This document shows positions 19,002-27,356 of a DNA stretch of 64,000 nt, piece after piece; the first letter of the stretch is position 1, and each line of letters begins with the position of its first letter. The DNA comes from a virus. The position numbers were made by a program, and so were the translations under genes. The notes below the pieces were generated by a model. It was not told where the DNA came from. It saw nothing but the letters and a program-made list of their open reading frames with translations, and did no database searches. Location: the IMG/VR virus record IMGVR_UViG_3300033149_006612, positions 16,183 to 80,182 of that record, one strand, 5' to 3'.

Positions 19002-20117
19002 GTGAAGCGAGGAAAACTCAACGTGCTGATTGACGGACAGTGGGGCAGCACCGGAAAGGGGAAAATTGCTGCCTATCTCGCCAACAAGTTCCGGATCGAC
19101 CTGGCCATTTCGAACAACATGAGCAACGCCGGTCACACCTTCTACGTGGACGGCCGGAAGTATGTGGCCTTCCACGTCCCGGCTGCGGTAGCCCGGCCGG
19201 ACTGTGAAGTCCTGCTGGGTCCGACCACGGCCATCACGCTGGACCTGTTCGAGAAGGAATTGGACTGTATGGAACGGTTAAACGTTCGAAAGCGGATGAG
19301 CATCCATCCCCATGCAACAATCATCACCGAACGGCATCGGGAGATCGAGGCCGGGTCCGTTGAACGGATTTCGTCCACCGTCAAAGGCTGTGGAGCCGCC
19401 CTAGCCGAGAAGGTGTCCCGGAGTAAAAACGTCCGACTGGCCGGTGAAGTTAAGGAACTAAGGCCCTATATCGCCGATACGGTCGAGATACTGCATACCG
19501 CCTTGGAGAATGGAGCCATCTGTTTAGCGGAGGTAGCGCAGGGATTCGATCTATCGTTAAACCACGGCATGCAGTATCCGTTCGTCACCAGCCGGGACGT
19601 CACGGTCTGTTCCTGCCTCAATGATTGTGGTGTCCCGCCCGCTGCGTTAGGTGACGTTTACGCCTCCCTCCGCTGCCATCCCATCCGGGTAGGGAATGTG
19701 GTCAGGGAGGGGAAGACGGTAGGTTGGTCCGGTCCTCATTACCCCGATCAGGAGGAATTGAGCTGGGACACCGTCACCAGGCAGTCCGGGAGTGAGAAAC
19801 CGTTGATCGAGAGAACCACCGTTACCGATAAGGTTCGCCGGGTCTTCAGCTGGTCCGACATCCAGTACAACAAATTCGTCAAGATGTGCGATCCGGATTT
19901 TGTATTCCTGAACTTCATCAACTACCTTGACGCCGATTTGTACGGTGTCAGTTCAGATGATGAATCCGGAATGCAGAGAGTCCTGGACTCCGAAAAGGTC
20001 GTCGAATGGCTCGACCGCCATTCCAAAGGTAACCCTAACTGGGTACCGGTCGCATACGTCGGGACCGGGCCGGATGAACGTCACATGGTCGATATGGGAA
20101 TCGACGACATCCGCTGA
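19002..20117 (+). CDS. purZ: PurZ, N6-succino-2-amino-2'-deoxyadenylate synthase (adenylosuccinate synthetase paralogue)
   Basis: GQWGSTGKG (Ser in place of the PurA catalytic Asp of GDEGKG), NAGHT, AQGFDLS..G.QYPFVTSR, PIRVG, ERTTVT..RRV, NFINY in place of PurA TKLD. Confidence 0.9.
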   Translation: MKRGKLNVLIDGQWGSTGKGKIAAYLANKFRIDLAISNNMSNAGHTFYVDGRKYVAFHVPAAVARPDCEVLLGPTTAITLDLFEKELDCMERLNVRKRMSIHPHATIITERHREIEAGSVERISSTVKGCGAALAEKVSRSKNVRLAGEVKELRPYIADTVEILHTALENGAICLAEVAQGFDLSLNHGMQYPFVTSRDVTVCSCLNDCGVPPAALGDVYASLRCHPIRVGNVVREGKTVGWSGPHYPDQEELSWDTVTRQSGSEKPLIERTTVTDKVRRVFSWSDIQYNKFVKMCDPDFVFLNFINYLDADLYGVSSDDESGMQRVLDSEKVVEWLDRHSKGNPNWVPVAYVGTGPDERHMVDMGIDDIR

Positions 20118-20169
20118 AACCCGGCCTTCCCGTGGGAATCCGCCTATCATATAGGATCGGTATATTGCT

Positions 20170-20655
20170 ATGAGAAAAGATGAGGATAGCCGCCCCCGTC
20201 GTCATAGATACGACCCCGACGGGGAAGAACCGAACGACGAGGCCCCTCCGCCGGTAAACCGAGACGGATACATCGAGTTCAAGACCGGGGCGACCCGCCA
20301 ATGCATTAAGCCCCGGTTTGATCTAATCCCGCGAGACTGCCTCGTCAGACTTGCCACCGTCTACCTCGAAGGTATGAGGAAATATGGGGTCGATAACTGG
20401 AAAAAAGGCATGCCCTGGTCGGATACCCTTAACCACGCCATCGACCACCTGCTGGCCTGGAAGGAGGGCAGACGGGATGAAGATCATCTCGGCCACGCCG
20501 CCTGGGGAATTTTTACCCTGATGTTCTTTGAGATGAACGATTATAGGGAGGACTGCGATCTGCCCTTACTGACCGAAACATTAGGAGTGAAACCGGATGA
20601 ACAAACTGCAGGTAAAGCGCCTGAAGGGACATCCTCACAGGCACCCGGAACTTAA
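20170..20655 (+). CDS. DUF5664 / dATP-dGTP diphosphohydrolase-like protein
   Basis: KPRFDLIP...G..KYG..NWKKG.....HAIDHL..W..G..DEDHLGHAAW pattern; directly after purZ. Confidence 0.8.
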   Translation: MRKDEDSRPRRHRYDPDGEEPNDEAPPPVNRDGYIEFKTGATRQCIKPRFDLIPRDCLVRLATVYLEGMRKYGVDNWKKGMPWSDTLNHAIDHLLAWKEGRRDEDHLGHAAWGIFTLMFFEMNDYREDCDLPLLTETLGVKPDEQTAGKAPEGTSSQAPGT

Positions 20656-21070
20656 GTATTGCTACGACGGTGATGTCGGGATGGACCTGATCGTCAACGT
20701 TGAAGATCAGGTCGTGATCCAACCGGGGGAGTTCGCGGACATCCCAACCGGCATCGCGATAAAGCTACCTGAAGGAACTTGGGCCGCCATCCGTCCCCGG
20801 AGTTCGACCTTTTTCCGACGAAGGTTAATCGTCTATGACGGTACGATCGACAACGGGTATACGGGACCCCTCTATATCGGGGTGTTTAACCCGGGACCGG
20901 ACGTTCAGATCATCCCGGAAAAGGCAAAACTGGCTCAACTGGTCATATTTAACCGAGTACCGATAGAGGAGGTTGAATACGTCGACAGCCTTCCCGAAAC
21001 CCAACGCGGGGAAGCCGGTATGGGGAGTTCTGACGCGGACGTAGATGGACGATGGACACGTACAACCTAG
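20597..21070 (+). CDS. dut: Trimeric dUTPase
   Basis: Five motifs: VGMDL, PRSS, GTIDNGYTG, AQLV, RGEAGMGSS. Confidence 0.88.
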   Translation: MNKLQVKRLKGHPHRHPELKYCYDGDVGMDLIVNVEDQVVIQPGEFADIPTGIAIKLPEGTWAAIRPRSSTFFRRRLIVYDGTIDNGYTGPLYIGVFNPGPDVQIIPEKAKLAQLVIFNRVPIEEVEYVDSLPETQRGEAGMGSSDADVDGRWTRTT

Positions 21071-22326
21071 ACTTCGAGACCCAGGTCAAGATCCTGGCGA
21101 TGGCCTGCCAGGATCCATCCTTCCTGTTGCAATACCGAGAATGTATAAATGCCGATTTCTTCACCCAAGAATCCTTAGTTCGAATCGCAGCCGTCATCCT
21201 TGACCATTTTGACCGTTATGACGACGCCCCGGATCGGACGGTAATCCGGCAGATGATCAAGGATCGTCATAACGATTTCGACGAAAACGAGCTTGAAGCC
21301 CTGATCGATGCCCTGTTCCACCCTCAGTATGACGCCGGTTTCGTCAGGGATGCCGTGATCGAATTTGCTAAGCGGGCAGCCTGGAAAGAACACTCCCTGA
21401 GATCCATCGATTTAATCGAATCCGGGGAATGGGAGGAGAAATGGGCCGACATCGAAAAAGGGGCTATGGACGCCCTATCTATAGGAGATCCCCAGCTTTC
21501 GATCGGCTATGAATGGAGGTCCGATCTCCGGGAAAGAATCCTAAACCTAAATAAGAAGGTACCGCGGGTCCCGACCATGATTAGAGGTCTGGATGAAGCC
21601 ATCAACGGCGGTCTGGCCGAGGGTGAACTCGGGATAGTGATAGCCCCCACCTCCGGATTTAAATCTACCCTCCTGATGAACTTCGCCGCCACGGCCCTTC
21701 TACAGAATAAAAGCGTTTACGTCTCCACCCACGAAATCCGAGACGTGTTCTGGGGGAGACGGCTGGACTGCCGTCTGACCGGCATGAACTTTGCCGCCAT
21801 GAACCGGAATCCGAGCATGGCGATCAAGAGGATGGAAACCATCCTCAAGAAATACCGGGCCAAGATAATCATTAAGGAATTCCCATCCGGGCAGGCAACA
21901 TGGCAGCAGGTCAAGAGGAACATTAACCTGTGGAGACGTCGAGGTTATCATTTCGACCTGATAATAGTCGACTATCTCGAAGAATTGAGAACTACGATCT
22001 CCACCAGGGACCGGCATGATCTAAGCCTGAAGAGTATAGCACAGGGGCTTCGAGCGATCGGTCAGGAATTGAAAGTCCCTGTCTGGACGGCCCAGCAGGC
22101 CCGTTGGCAGGCCGAAAACAGGGACCGGGCTGACTGGACATATGCAGCGAATTCCAAAGGCACCGTCCACGTCTCGGATGTAACGCTTACCATCAACCAG
22201 ACCAGGGATGAGAAGGAGGCGAATGAGGCCCGGTTATACGTGACCAAGAACCGCGAAGGTAGGAACCATGTGACCATTCCGGTCTCCATTAACCCGGACT
22301 ATTTCAGAATCAGCGAAAATCCCTGA
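21052..22326 (+). CDS. dnaB: Replicative DNA helicase (DnaB/gp41-like)
   Basis: GGLAEGEL, Walker A APTSGFKST, IIVDY, PVWTAQQ, KNREG. Confidence 0.9.
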   Translation: MDTYNLDFETQVKILAMACQDPSFLLQYRECINADFFTQESLVRIAAVILDHFDRYDDAPDRTVIRQMIKDRHNDFDENELEALIDALFHPQYDAGFVRDAVIEFAKRAAWKEHSLRSIDLIESGEWEEKWADIEKGAMDALSIGDPQLSIGYEWRSDLRERILNLNKKVPRVPTMIRGLDEAINGGLAEGELGIVIAPTSGFKSTLLMNFAATALLQNKSVYVSTHEIRDVFWGRRLDCRLTGMNFAAMNRNPSMAIKRMETILKKYRAKIIIKEFPSGQATWQQVKRNINLWRRRGYHFDLIIVDYLEELRTTISTRDRHDLSLKSIAQGLRAIGQELKVPVWTAQQARWQAENRDRADWTYAANSKGTVHVSDVTLTINQTRDEKEANEARLYVTKNREGRNHVTIPVSINPDYFRISENP

Positions 22327-22332
22327 AGCACT

Positions 22333-23247
22333 ATGGATTATTCAAGGCAGCAGCAACGGATCATCCGGTCCCTTGAAGCCAAACTGGGCTCCGGTAGGAA
22401 ATCCGGGTGGAACATCTATTTTGACTGCCCGTTCTGCAACGATACCCGGCGGAGGATGGGAGTTGAGATCCGGAAGCAGATCTTCGGCTGTTTTAACTGT
22501 AATGCCGGTGGGACCCTCTCGGCGTTGTTTCGGGAGATCGGGGTCGAACGACGGGCAAGGATCGTTCCGGAGAGGGTCATCGGGGAGCCCGAATTCCAGT
22601 CGGGTCTAAACAGGATAGATCTGCCGGAGCACTACACGCCGATCGGAAATCCGGTGCGTGGATTCCTCATGCGCCGAGCGGTTACCTATCTTCAAAATAG
22701 GGGTCTCGGGATGGATTGGATCGTTAAGCACAATGTCGGTTACTGCCCGGACGGACCTTATATCGATCGGGTCATCTTCCCCATGTTTCACCACGGTGAC
22801 TGTGTATACTGGGTGGCGAGGTCCATCATTCCCGACGTCAAACCTAAGACCAAACATCCGGCCGGGGTACGAAGGCCCGTCTGGACATTCGAACCGCCAC
22901 GCAAGTCGGCCCGAAGACTGATTATCGTTGAGGGTCTGTTCGACGCCATCCCGTGCCCCGACTCCGTGGCACTCCTGGGATCGACGGCCAGCCGGTCTCA
23001 GCTGGATTTCCTGCTTAAGCTCAGACCTAAGGAATACATCCTGATGTTTGACGGCGATAAAGCCGGGATCGACGGTGCCGTCAAGCTCGGAACCCGGCTA
23101 CAGGAGCGGACGGAAGCCCCGGTTACGGTGGTAGAACTCCCGGACGGTCTAGATCCGGCCGATCTCAGGACGGAGGAGAACCTCCGCCCCTTCATCGAAA
23201 ACCGGAGAAGACTGGATCTCCGGTATGTGTTCTCCAGGAGACTCTAA
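22333..23247 (+). CDS. dnaG: DNA primase (zinc finger + TOPRIM)
   Basis: CPFC...CFNC zinc finger, DRVIFP, IVEGLFDA, FDGDKAG, DPAD. Confidence 0.9.
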   Translation: MDYSRQQQRIIRSLEAKLGSGRKSGWNIYFDCPFCNDTRRRMGVEIRKQIFGCFNCNAGGTLSALFREIGVERRARIVPERVIGEPEFQSGLNRIDLPEHYTPIGNPVRGFLMRRAVTYLQNRGLGMDWIVKHNVGYCPDGPYIDRVIFPMFHHGDCVYWVARSIIPDVKPKTKHPAGVRRPVWTFEPPRKSARRLIIVEGLFDAIPCPDSVALLGSTASRSQLDFLLKLRPKEYILMFDGDKAGIDGAVKLGTRLQERTEAPVTVVELPDGLDPADLRTEENLRPFIENRRRLDLRYVFSRRL

Positions 23248-23255
23248 AAGATTTC

Positions 23256-24029
23256 CTAGAACTCCTTCCTTATTTCGGCCATCCGACGTGAAACCGTGGC
23301 CGATGAGACGCCCAGAGCCTGGAACTCCTTCCTTATTTCGGCCATCCGACGTGAAACCGTGGCCGATGAGACGCCCAGAGCCTGGGCATAATGCTTATTG
23401 TGAATCTTTAATTCATTCAGACCCATTACCAGTTCCCCACGTTCCCTTCGGGCCTGTTTTTCCCTAAACTCGGCTTCCGCCTTCATCCGGATCTCCTCCG
23501 GTGGCTCAAGGATCAAATCCAGAAGCCGCTTAGCTTTGGGATTCAACCGTTCTCGCAGCTGCGACATCTTGCGGTTGAAATCGATCCTGTTGATCGGATC
23601 TTCCGTCGAGTTTTTACCTCTAAACTCCATCAACATCTTCGGCGGTCTGCCCGATTTAGCGGCGACCTCCTCAAGCTTTTGGATTGAATAAACCGGACTG
23701 CGTTTACACCGCTCACCCATATTCGGATTCAGCCCCTGGAGGCCTCCTTGTTTGAACTTCTTCCGGATTTCCTTCCATAACGCATTGCGGAAATAGCGGT
23801 CGACGTCGTCATATTCGATCTCTTTCCCATCCATCAGCATGGGCCTCAGTTCCACGCTACCGTCAGGACGAATCCGGGCCTTCCGTTTCCGGATGATCTC
23901 ACACCAGAGCAGCAACCCCTCCTGTCTGAGATCCTCAAACGTGGCCTCATCATCCGAGAATTGACTAGCCAGCTTATTAATGTACCGTTCCTTTGACTTC
24001 CATCCGTCGATATCCGTTTTGTGTTCCAT
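23256..24029 (-). CDS. Putative sigma-70-like factor with duplicated C-terminal HTH segment
   Basis: FEDLRQEGLL region 2-like motif; C-terminal AQALGVSSATVSRR HTH; GGAGGT RBS. Confidence 0.7.
   Translation of the reverse strand: MEHKTDIDGWKSKERYINKLASQFSDDEATFEDLRQEGLLLWCEIIRKRKARIRPDGSVELRPMLMDGKEIEYDDVDRYFRNALWKEIRKKFKQGGLQGLNPNMGERCKRSPVYSIQKLEEVAAKSGRPPKMLMEFRGKNSTEDPINRIDFNRKMSQLRERLNPKAKRLLDLILEPPEEIRMKAEAEFREKQARRERGELVMGLNELKIHNKHYAQALGVSSATVSRRMAEIRKEFQALGVSSATVSRRMAEIRKEF
23259..23384. repeat. Perfect 63-bp tandem duplication
   Basis: 23259-23321 is identical to 23322-23384; encodes QALGVSSATVSRRMAEIRKEF twice. Confidence 0.97.
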
Positions 24030-24085
24030 CCTGGTAATGACCTCCTTCCATATGTTTGATTCTCCGAATCCATCTCACCTGCTTT

Positions 24086-24580
24086 TTATTGGCCAGCTTT
24101 GGAACGATCTTCCCTTGTAACCGCCTCGATCTCGAACGATCGACCCAATGGTGGTGTTGTCTCCTCGGATGGGGTGGAATATGTTTGTATGTATTCCCAG
24201 CGGTTGCCACCGATTCGCCGGGTGGCAACCGGGTCGATCTTGGACTCGGGATTGAAGGGATACTTCCATGCCAGAACGATTGTATCGTCCTGGCAGCCAC
24301 TGCGGAATTTGCGATAGGCTTCTCGTTTTGCGCCTAACTCTGTCCGGGCTTGACACCGATATACGGGGCTTGGGCTGGCGTTTGGTGTCTCCACCCAAGC
24401 AATCCACGGCCTATTTTTAGCGAGACGATCCCTGGCCGCGATCAGCTGATCTGCGGAAAGACCTGAGATGTCTGCCAGCAACAGGCACCACGCGTCTGGA
24501 CTTTCGGCGGATATGATATACCCGCCAACCCATAAAACGTTTCTGACACCGTTATATCTTACGACGCTTTCTTCTTTCAT
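24086..24580 (-). CDS. Hypothetical protein
   Basis: ORF downstream of the DHH-like gene with purine-rich leader. Confidence 0.6.
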   Translation of the reverse strand: MKEESVVRYNGVRNVLWVGGYIISAESPDAWCLLLADISGLSADQLIAARDRLAKNRPWIAWVETPNASPSPVYRCQARTELGAKREAYRKFRSGCQDDTIVLAWKYPFNPESKIDPVATRRIGGNRWEYIQTYSTPSEETTPPLGRSFEIEAVTREDRSKAGQ

Positions 24581-24595
24581 GACTTTTCCCTTTTT

Positions 24596-25636
24596 TTATA
24601 AATAGCCCCCGGCGAAACCCCGAGCAGGATCGCCGTACTTGTCGATCACCGGACAATGATCGAGGAACCATCGCACCTGCTTCGGTGAAGCCGACTGTAG
24701 GACCACCTTTTCCCGACCACCTCTGTCCCGTAATGACGCGATAAATGCACGCCCTTCACGGGCTGCCGCCTCCGGGAGTTCCGGAATGTGGTACCGCTGT
24801 TGGAGCAGATTGGCGATCCCCCAAGGGGCGGATACCGCGTCATATAGGCCACGGGCAGTCCCGATCAGTCTTCCTTGATAGATTCTCACCGCCTGGAGAT
24901 TACGGGCATGGCGCACGATCTTTCGCGCCGCTTCGACATCGGCCAATAACTCTTCAACTTCCCGTCCCTGGAAGAGGGCTCTCCTCTTCGCCCGCCAGGC
25001 CATCAGGCGATCGGGATCGACACCGGGACACTTGCCCCGATAGGCAGCTCCAAGGCAATGATCCGCCGCAGCTGTGAAGACCGCGGTATCGGGAATATGG
25101 ACCGCCTTCGACCGGAATCCTGGTAACGCCGCGTAGACCAACCACTCCCCGTTCTCAAAGTGAATCGTGCCGGAGCGTTCCCGGTTAGATGTGCCGCCGT
25201 CGACCTCTTTGAACCCGTCCGGCCAGACGATGAGGTTGTCACCCTCACTACGACCAAACCAACAAAAGGATGTAAGCCCGGCTACTTCAGACGCGAGCTG
25301 GGAAATCACCTGGCCCAAGCTGGATGCTTGAAGAAATTTTTCGGGCGTTTGCCCATACCCGGGATCACCCGGGCGGTGGTGGTCGATCCGGGTAATCGGT
25401 GTGTAATTCTCCGCCTCGAATTCCAGTTGGAGGTCGAGACAGAAACCACACTCGACCAAGACGATTAAATCCGGTCGATCAGGTCCACCTATCCAGCCGT
25501 CCGCCTCGTAGGCGTTGCCGGGGTGGACCCAATTGGCCCCCACCGAGGCATAGGCGACTGTCTCGCCTACCCCCCGGAGGAGGCGTTCGATCTCATAGAT
25601 TTCGGGATCTGATGCCCCGAGTATCCACAGTCTCAT
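24596..25636 (-). CDS. Putative DHH-like phosphoesterase
   Basis: LGASDPE, IDHH, AAADH and C-terminal GFAGGY; GGAGGTG RBS and its own promoter. Confidence 0.55.
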   Translation of the reverse strand: MRLWILGASDPEIYEIERLLRGVGETVAYASVGANWVHPGNAYEADGWIGGPDRPDLIVLVECGFCLDLQLEFEAENYTPITRIDHHRPGDPGYGQTPEKFLQASSLGQVISQLASEVAGLTSFCWFGRSEGDNLIVWPDGFKEVDGGTSNRERSGTIHFENGEWLVYAALPGFRSKAVHIPDTAVFTAAADHCLGAAYRGKCPGVDPDRLMAWRAKRRALFQGREVEELLADVEAARKIVRHARNLQAVRIYQGRLIGTARGLYDAVSAPWGIANLLQQRYHIPELPEAAAREGRAFIASLRDRGGREKVVLQSASPKQVRWFLDHCPVIDKYGDPARGFAGGYL

Positions 25637-25664
25637 CGTAGCTCACCTCCTGTAGTTTTCAACT

Positions 25665-25694
25665 ATTATAACACAGGGCTATGACGTTCATCAA
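25665..25694 (-). promoter_or_regulatory. Leftward sigma70-type early promoter
   Basis: TTGATG-18 nt-TATAAT with extended -10 TG on the minus strand. Confidence 0.75.
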
Positions 25695-25794
25695 GTGATT
25701 TTCGTCACATAACGGATGGACTCTAGCCGGGCAATAATGGTTCACCTTAAAAATCGAAATTTAAACTGAACCATACTTGGAGCCCATTTACTAC

Positions 25795-25824
25795 TTGACA
25801 AAACCTATCCATCTGTGGTATAAT
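25795..25824 (+). promoter_or_regulatory. Rightward consensus sigma70 early promoter
   Basis: TTGACA (25795-25800)-18 nt-TATAAT (25819-25824) with extended -10 TG. Confidence 0.88.
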
Positions 25825-25849
25825 AAAAAGTATGGAAAGGAGAAACACG

Positions 25850-25981
25850 ATGAACAAAGACCCACCGAGGACAATACAGCCCCTGTCGCAAGGCAAGCCA
25901 CAGGAATCCTACGCTCCCACGATGGAGACAGGCAGGGGGTCACGAAGAGGTCGAGCCAGTACGGGTCTGCCAGGACGCTAG
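25850..25981 (+). CDS. Short leader ORF (43 aa) or gene remnant
   Basis: AAAGGAGAAACACGATGAACAA start context identical to the gene at 26947; product is not recognisable. Confidence 0.35.
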   Translation: MNKDPPRTIQPLSQGKPQESYAPTMETGRGSRRGRASTGLPGR

Positions 25982-26116
25982 AGGCCGAGGCAACGGATGA
26001 CGCCGAGCAGAGCCACCCGGAGAGCGATGAAGACCTCGATTGAACGTGAGCGAATCGGGTAAGCCCACACCATGTGGCCGCCACCCGACCGAGCACCAGG
26101 TGCCGGTATAGTAAAT

Positions 26117-26183
26117 GACCTGTCCGGACATACCGATTGAGTCCGCTGATGAGGATGGGGGTAGGGTCCCATCGAAACAGGTC
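26117..26183 (+). ncRNA. Hammerhead ribozyme, type III (HHR1)
   Basis: Stem III GACCTGT/ACAGGTC, GTC site (cut after 26124), stem I CGGAC/GTCCG, core CTGATGA 26146-26152, stem II GATGGG/CCCATC, GAAA 26174-26177; loop I TACC complementary to loop II GGTA. Confidence 0.9.
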
Positions 26184-26195
26184 TTGGAGGTTACC

Positions 26196-26483
26196 ATGGC
26201 AGAGCGTTATACTCCTCAAGTTGGAGATCATTTAGTCCCCGACGGCTGGGGGTTTGGTGAGAATCTGGAAGCCGATGACGGGTATAGTGACGGCAGTTTC
26301 CCCGGATGTGAATTCCGGCTTCCGGCGGGCCTTGACCGTGTATACCGGCTTGCAGTCAACGTGAAGGTCACCGGCGGTGACCACATCGTGAACTTCGGCA
26401 GGTATCGGTCCCGCTGCAGGATCGAGTTTGTCGGTGACGGTGAACCGAGCACCTTCACCGGTGGATGGATCTACCACTCCTAA
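26196..26483 (+). CDS. Small early hypothetical protein (95 aa)
   Basis: GGAGG at 26186 then ATG 26196; lies between HHR1 and HHR2. Confidence 0.75.
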   Translation: MAERYTPQVGDHLVPDGWGFGENLEADDGYSDGSFPGCEFRLPAGLDRVYRLAVNVKVTGGDHIVNFGRYRSRCRIEFVGDGEPSTFTGGWIYHS

Positions 26484-26484
26484 A

Positions 26485-26548
26485 GCCGAAACCAGCCGAA
26501 AGGCTGGTCTGCTGGAGATAACCTCCCAGCACTGATGATGGCAGGTTA
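26485..26548 (+). ncRNA. Hammerhead ribozyme, type II with pseudoknot (HHR2)
   Basis: GCC-GAAA, stem III CCAGCC/GGCTGG, GTC (cut after 26509), stem I TGCTGG/CCAGCA, CTGATGA 26532-26538, GGC closing stem II, 3' AGGTTA pairs with loop I TAACCT. Confidence 0.92.
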
Positions 26549-26568
26549 CCATCGAGGAGGTTTTTACC

Positions 26569-26841
26569 ATGGAATGCCCACTTTGCGGTTCCCGCGGTTC
26601 TCGTTTCCTTAAGCCCCATCCGAGCGTTTTCGGCGTTTACGAATGCCGAAAATGCCGAGCATTGTTCGGCGAATGCTACCTGGGAGATAGCTATTCGCTA
26701 GTGTCTCCCATGTGGTCCCGGCAGGACGTCGAGGATACCGAATGCCGGTACTTCGATTTCATCTGTGTGGGATCCGGTGGGATCACACGCAGGCATGGTT
26801 GGTTCAATCCGGCTGACGGTCGGATCGTTCAAACCGGTTGA
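26569..26841 (+). CDS. Small early zinc-finger protein
   Basis: CPLCG...CRKC; GAGGAGG RBS; lies between HHR2 and HHR3. Confidence 0.8.
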   Translation: MECPLCGSRGSRFLKPHPSVFGVYECRKCRALFGECYLGDSYSLVSPMWSRQDVEDTECRYFDFICVGSGGITRRHGWFNPADGRIVQTG

Positions 26842-26845
26842 GTAA

Positions 26846-26911
26846 GCCGAAACCGGCTAGAGATAGCCGGTCTAGCCGGGATGACCTCCGGCTACTGATG
26901 ATGGTAGGTCA
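26846..26911 (+). ncRNA. Hammerhead ribozyme, type II with pseudoknot (HHR3)
   Basis: GCC-GAAA, stem III CCGGCTA/TAGCCGG, GTC (cut after 26872), stem I TAGCCGG/CCGGCTA, CTGATGA 26895-26901, GGT, 3' AGGTCA pairs with loop I TGACCT. Confidence 0.92.
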
Positions 26912-26946
26912 CTCTAACGTTAAAAGAAAATAAAAGGAGAAACACG

Positions 26947-27354
26947 ATGAACAACGAGGTAATCGAAATCCAAGTCGCTTGCACTGACAACATCACGGCT
27001 AAATGGGCCGTGATTAAACTGATGGTTAAGACGTCGGTCATCGACGTCTTAAGCAGATGCGATAACGGCGTCTACAAACCGCAGGTCAAGACCGGAGAGG
27101 AGATGTTCGCAATCCGTCCGGTAGTGGATGCGGTCGACATCGAGATGATCTGCCCCACCGGGGTGGTCAAGTGGGTCGCCAAACCCGGGGAGGAGATGTT
27201 CGCATTGGTCCGCCCGATAGTGGAGGCGATCGACATCGAGCTGGGTTGCCCCACCGGGCAGATCAAGTGGGTCGTCAAAACCGACGGGATCGTCTCCATC
27301 CACGCCGTCGATGACCAGGGAATGGAGACGGTATCAATCATCAACCTGTGCTGA
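26947..27354 (+). CDS. Small early protein with internal tandem repeat
   Basis: AAGGAG RBS; two copies of KxGEEMFA..RP.V.A.DIE..CPTG..KWV. Confidence 0.8.
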   Translation: MNNEVIEIQVACTDNITAKWAVIKLMVKTSVIDVLSRCDNGVYKPQVKTGEEMFAIRPVVDAVDIEMICPTGVVKWVAKPGEEMFALVRPIVEAIDIELGCPTGQIKWVVKTDGIVSIHAVDDQGMETVSIINLC

Positions 27355-27356
27355 CA

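Noticed and set aside
19002-20117. Ordinary PurA auxiliary metabolic gene
   Set aside because: Catalytic Asp is Ser, the TKLD motif is NFIN, and the neighbours fit PurZ
1541-23247. Inteins or introns in terminase, polymerase, RecA or helicase
   Set aside because: Lengths are normal, motifs are contiguous and no splice-junction signatures were seen
23259-23384. GAAA and CGATGA inside the 63-bp repeat as another hammerhead
   Set aside because: Core is CCGATGA, stems I and III are missing, and the sequence is coding on the other strand
25979-25981. Stop-codon reassignment suggested by an in-frame TAG between two short ORFs
   Set aside because: Conserved genes are uninterrupted and many end at TAG right before the next gene
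26115-26195. Upstream start at 26115 given by the ORF track
   Set aside because: It runs through HHR1 and its cut site; GGAGG supports ATG 26196
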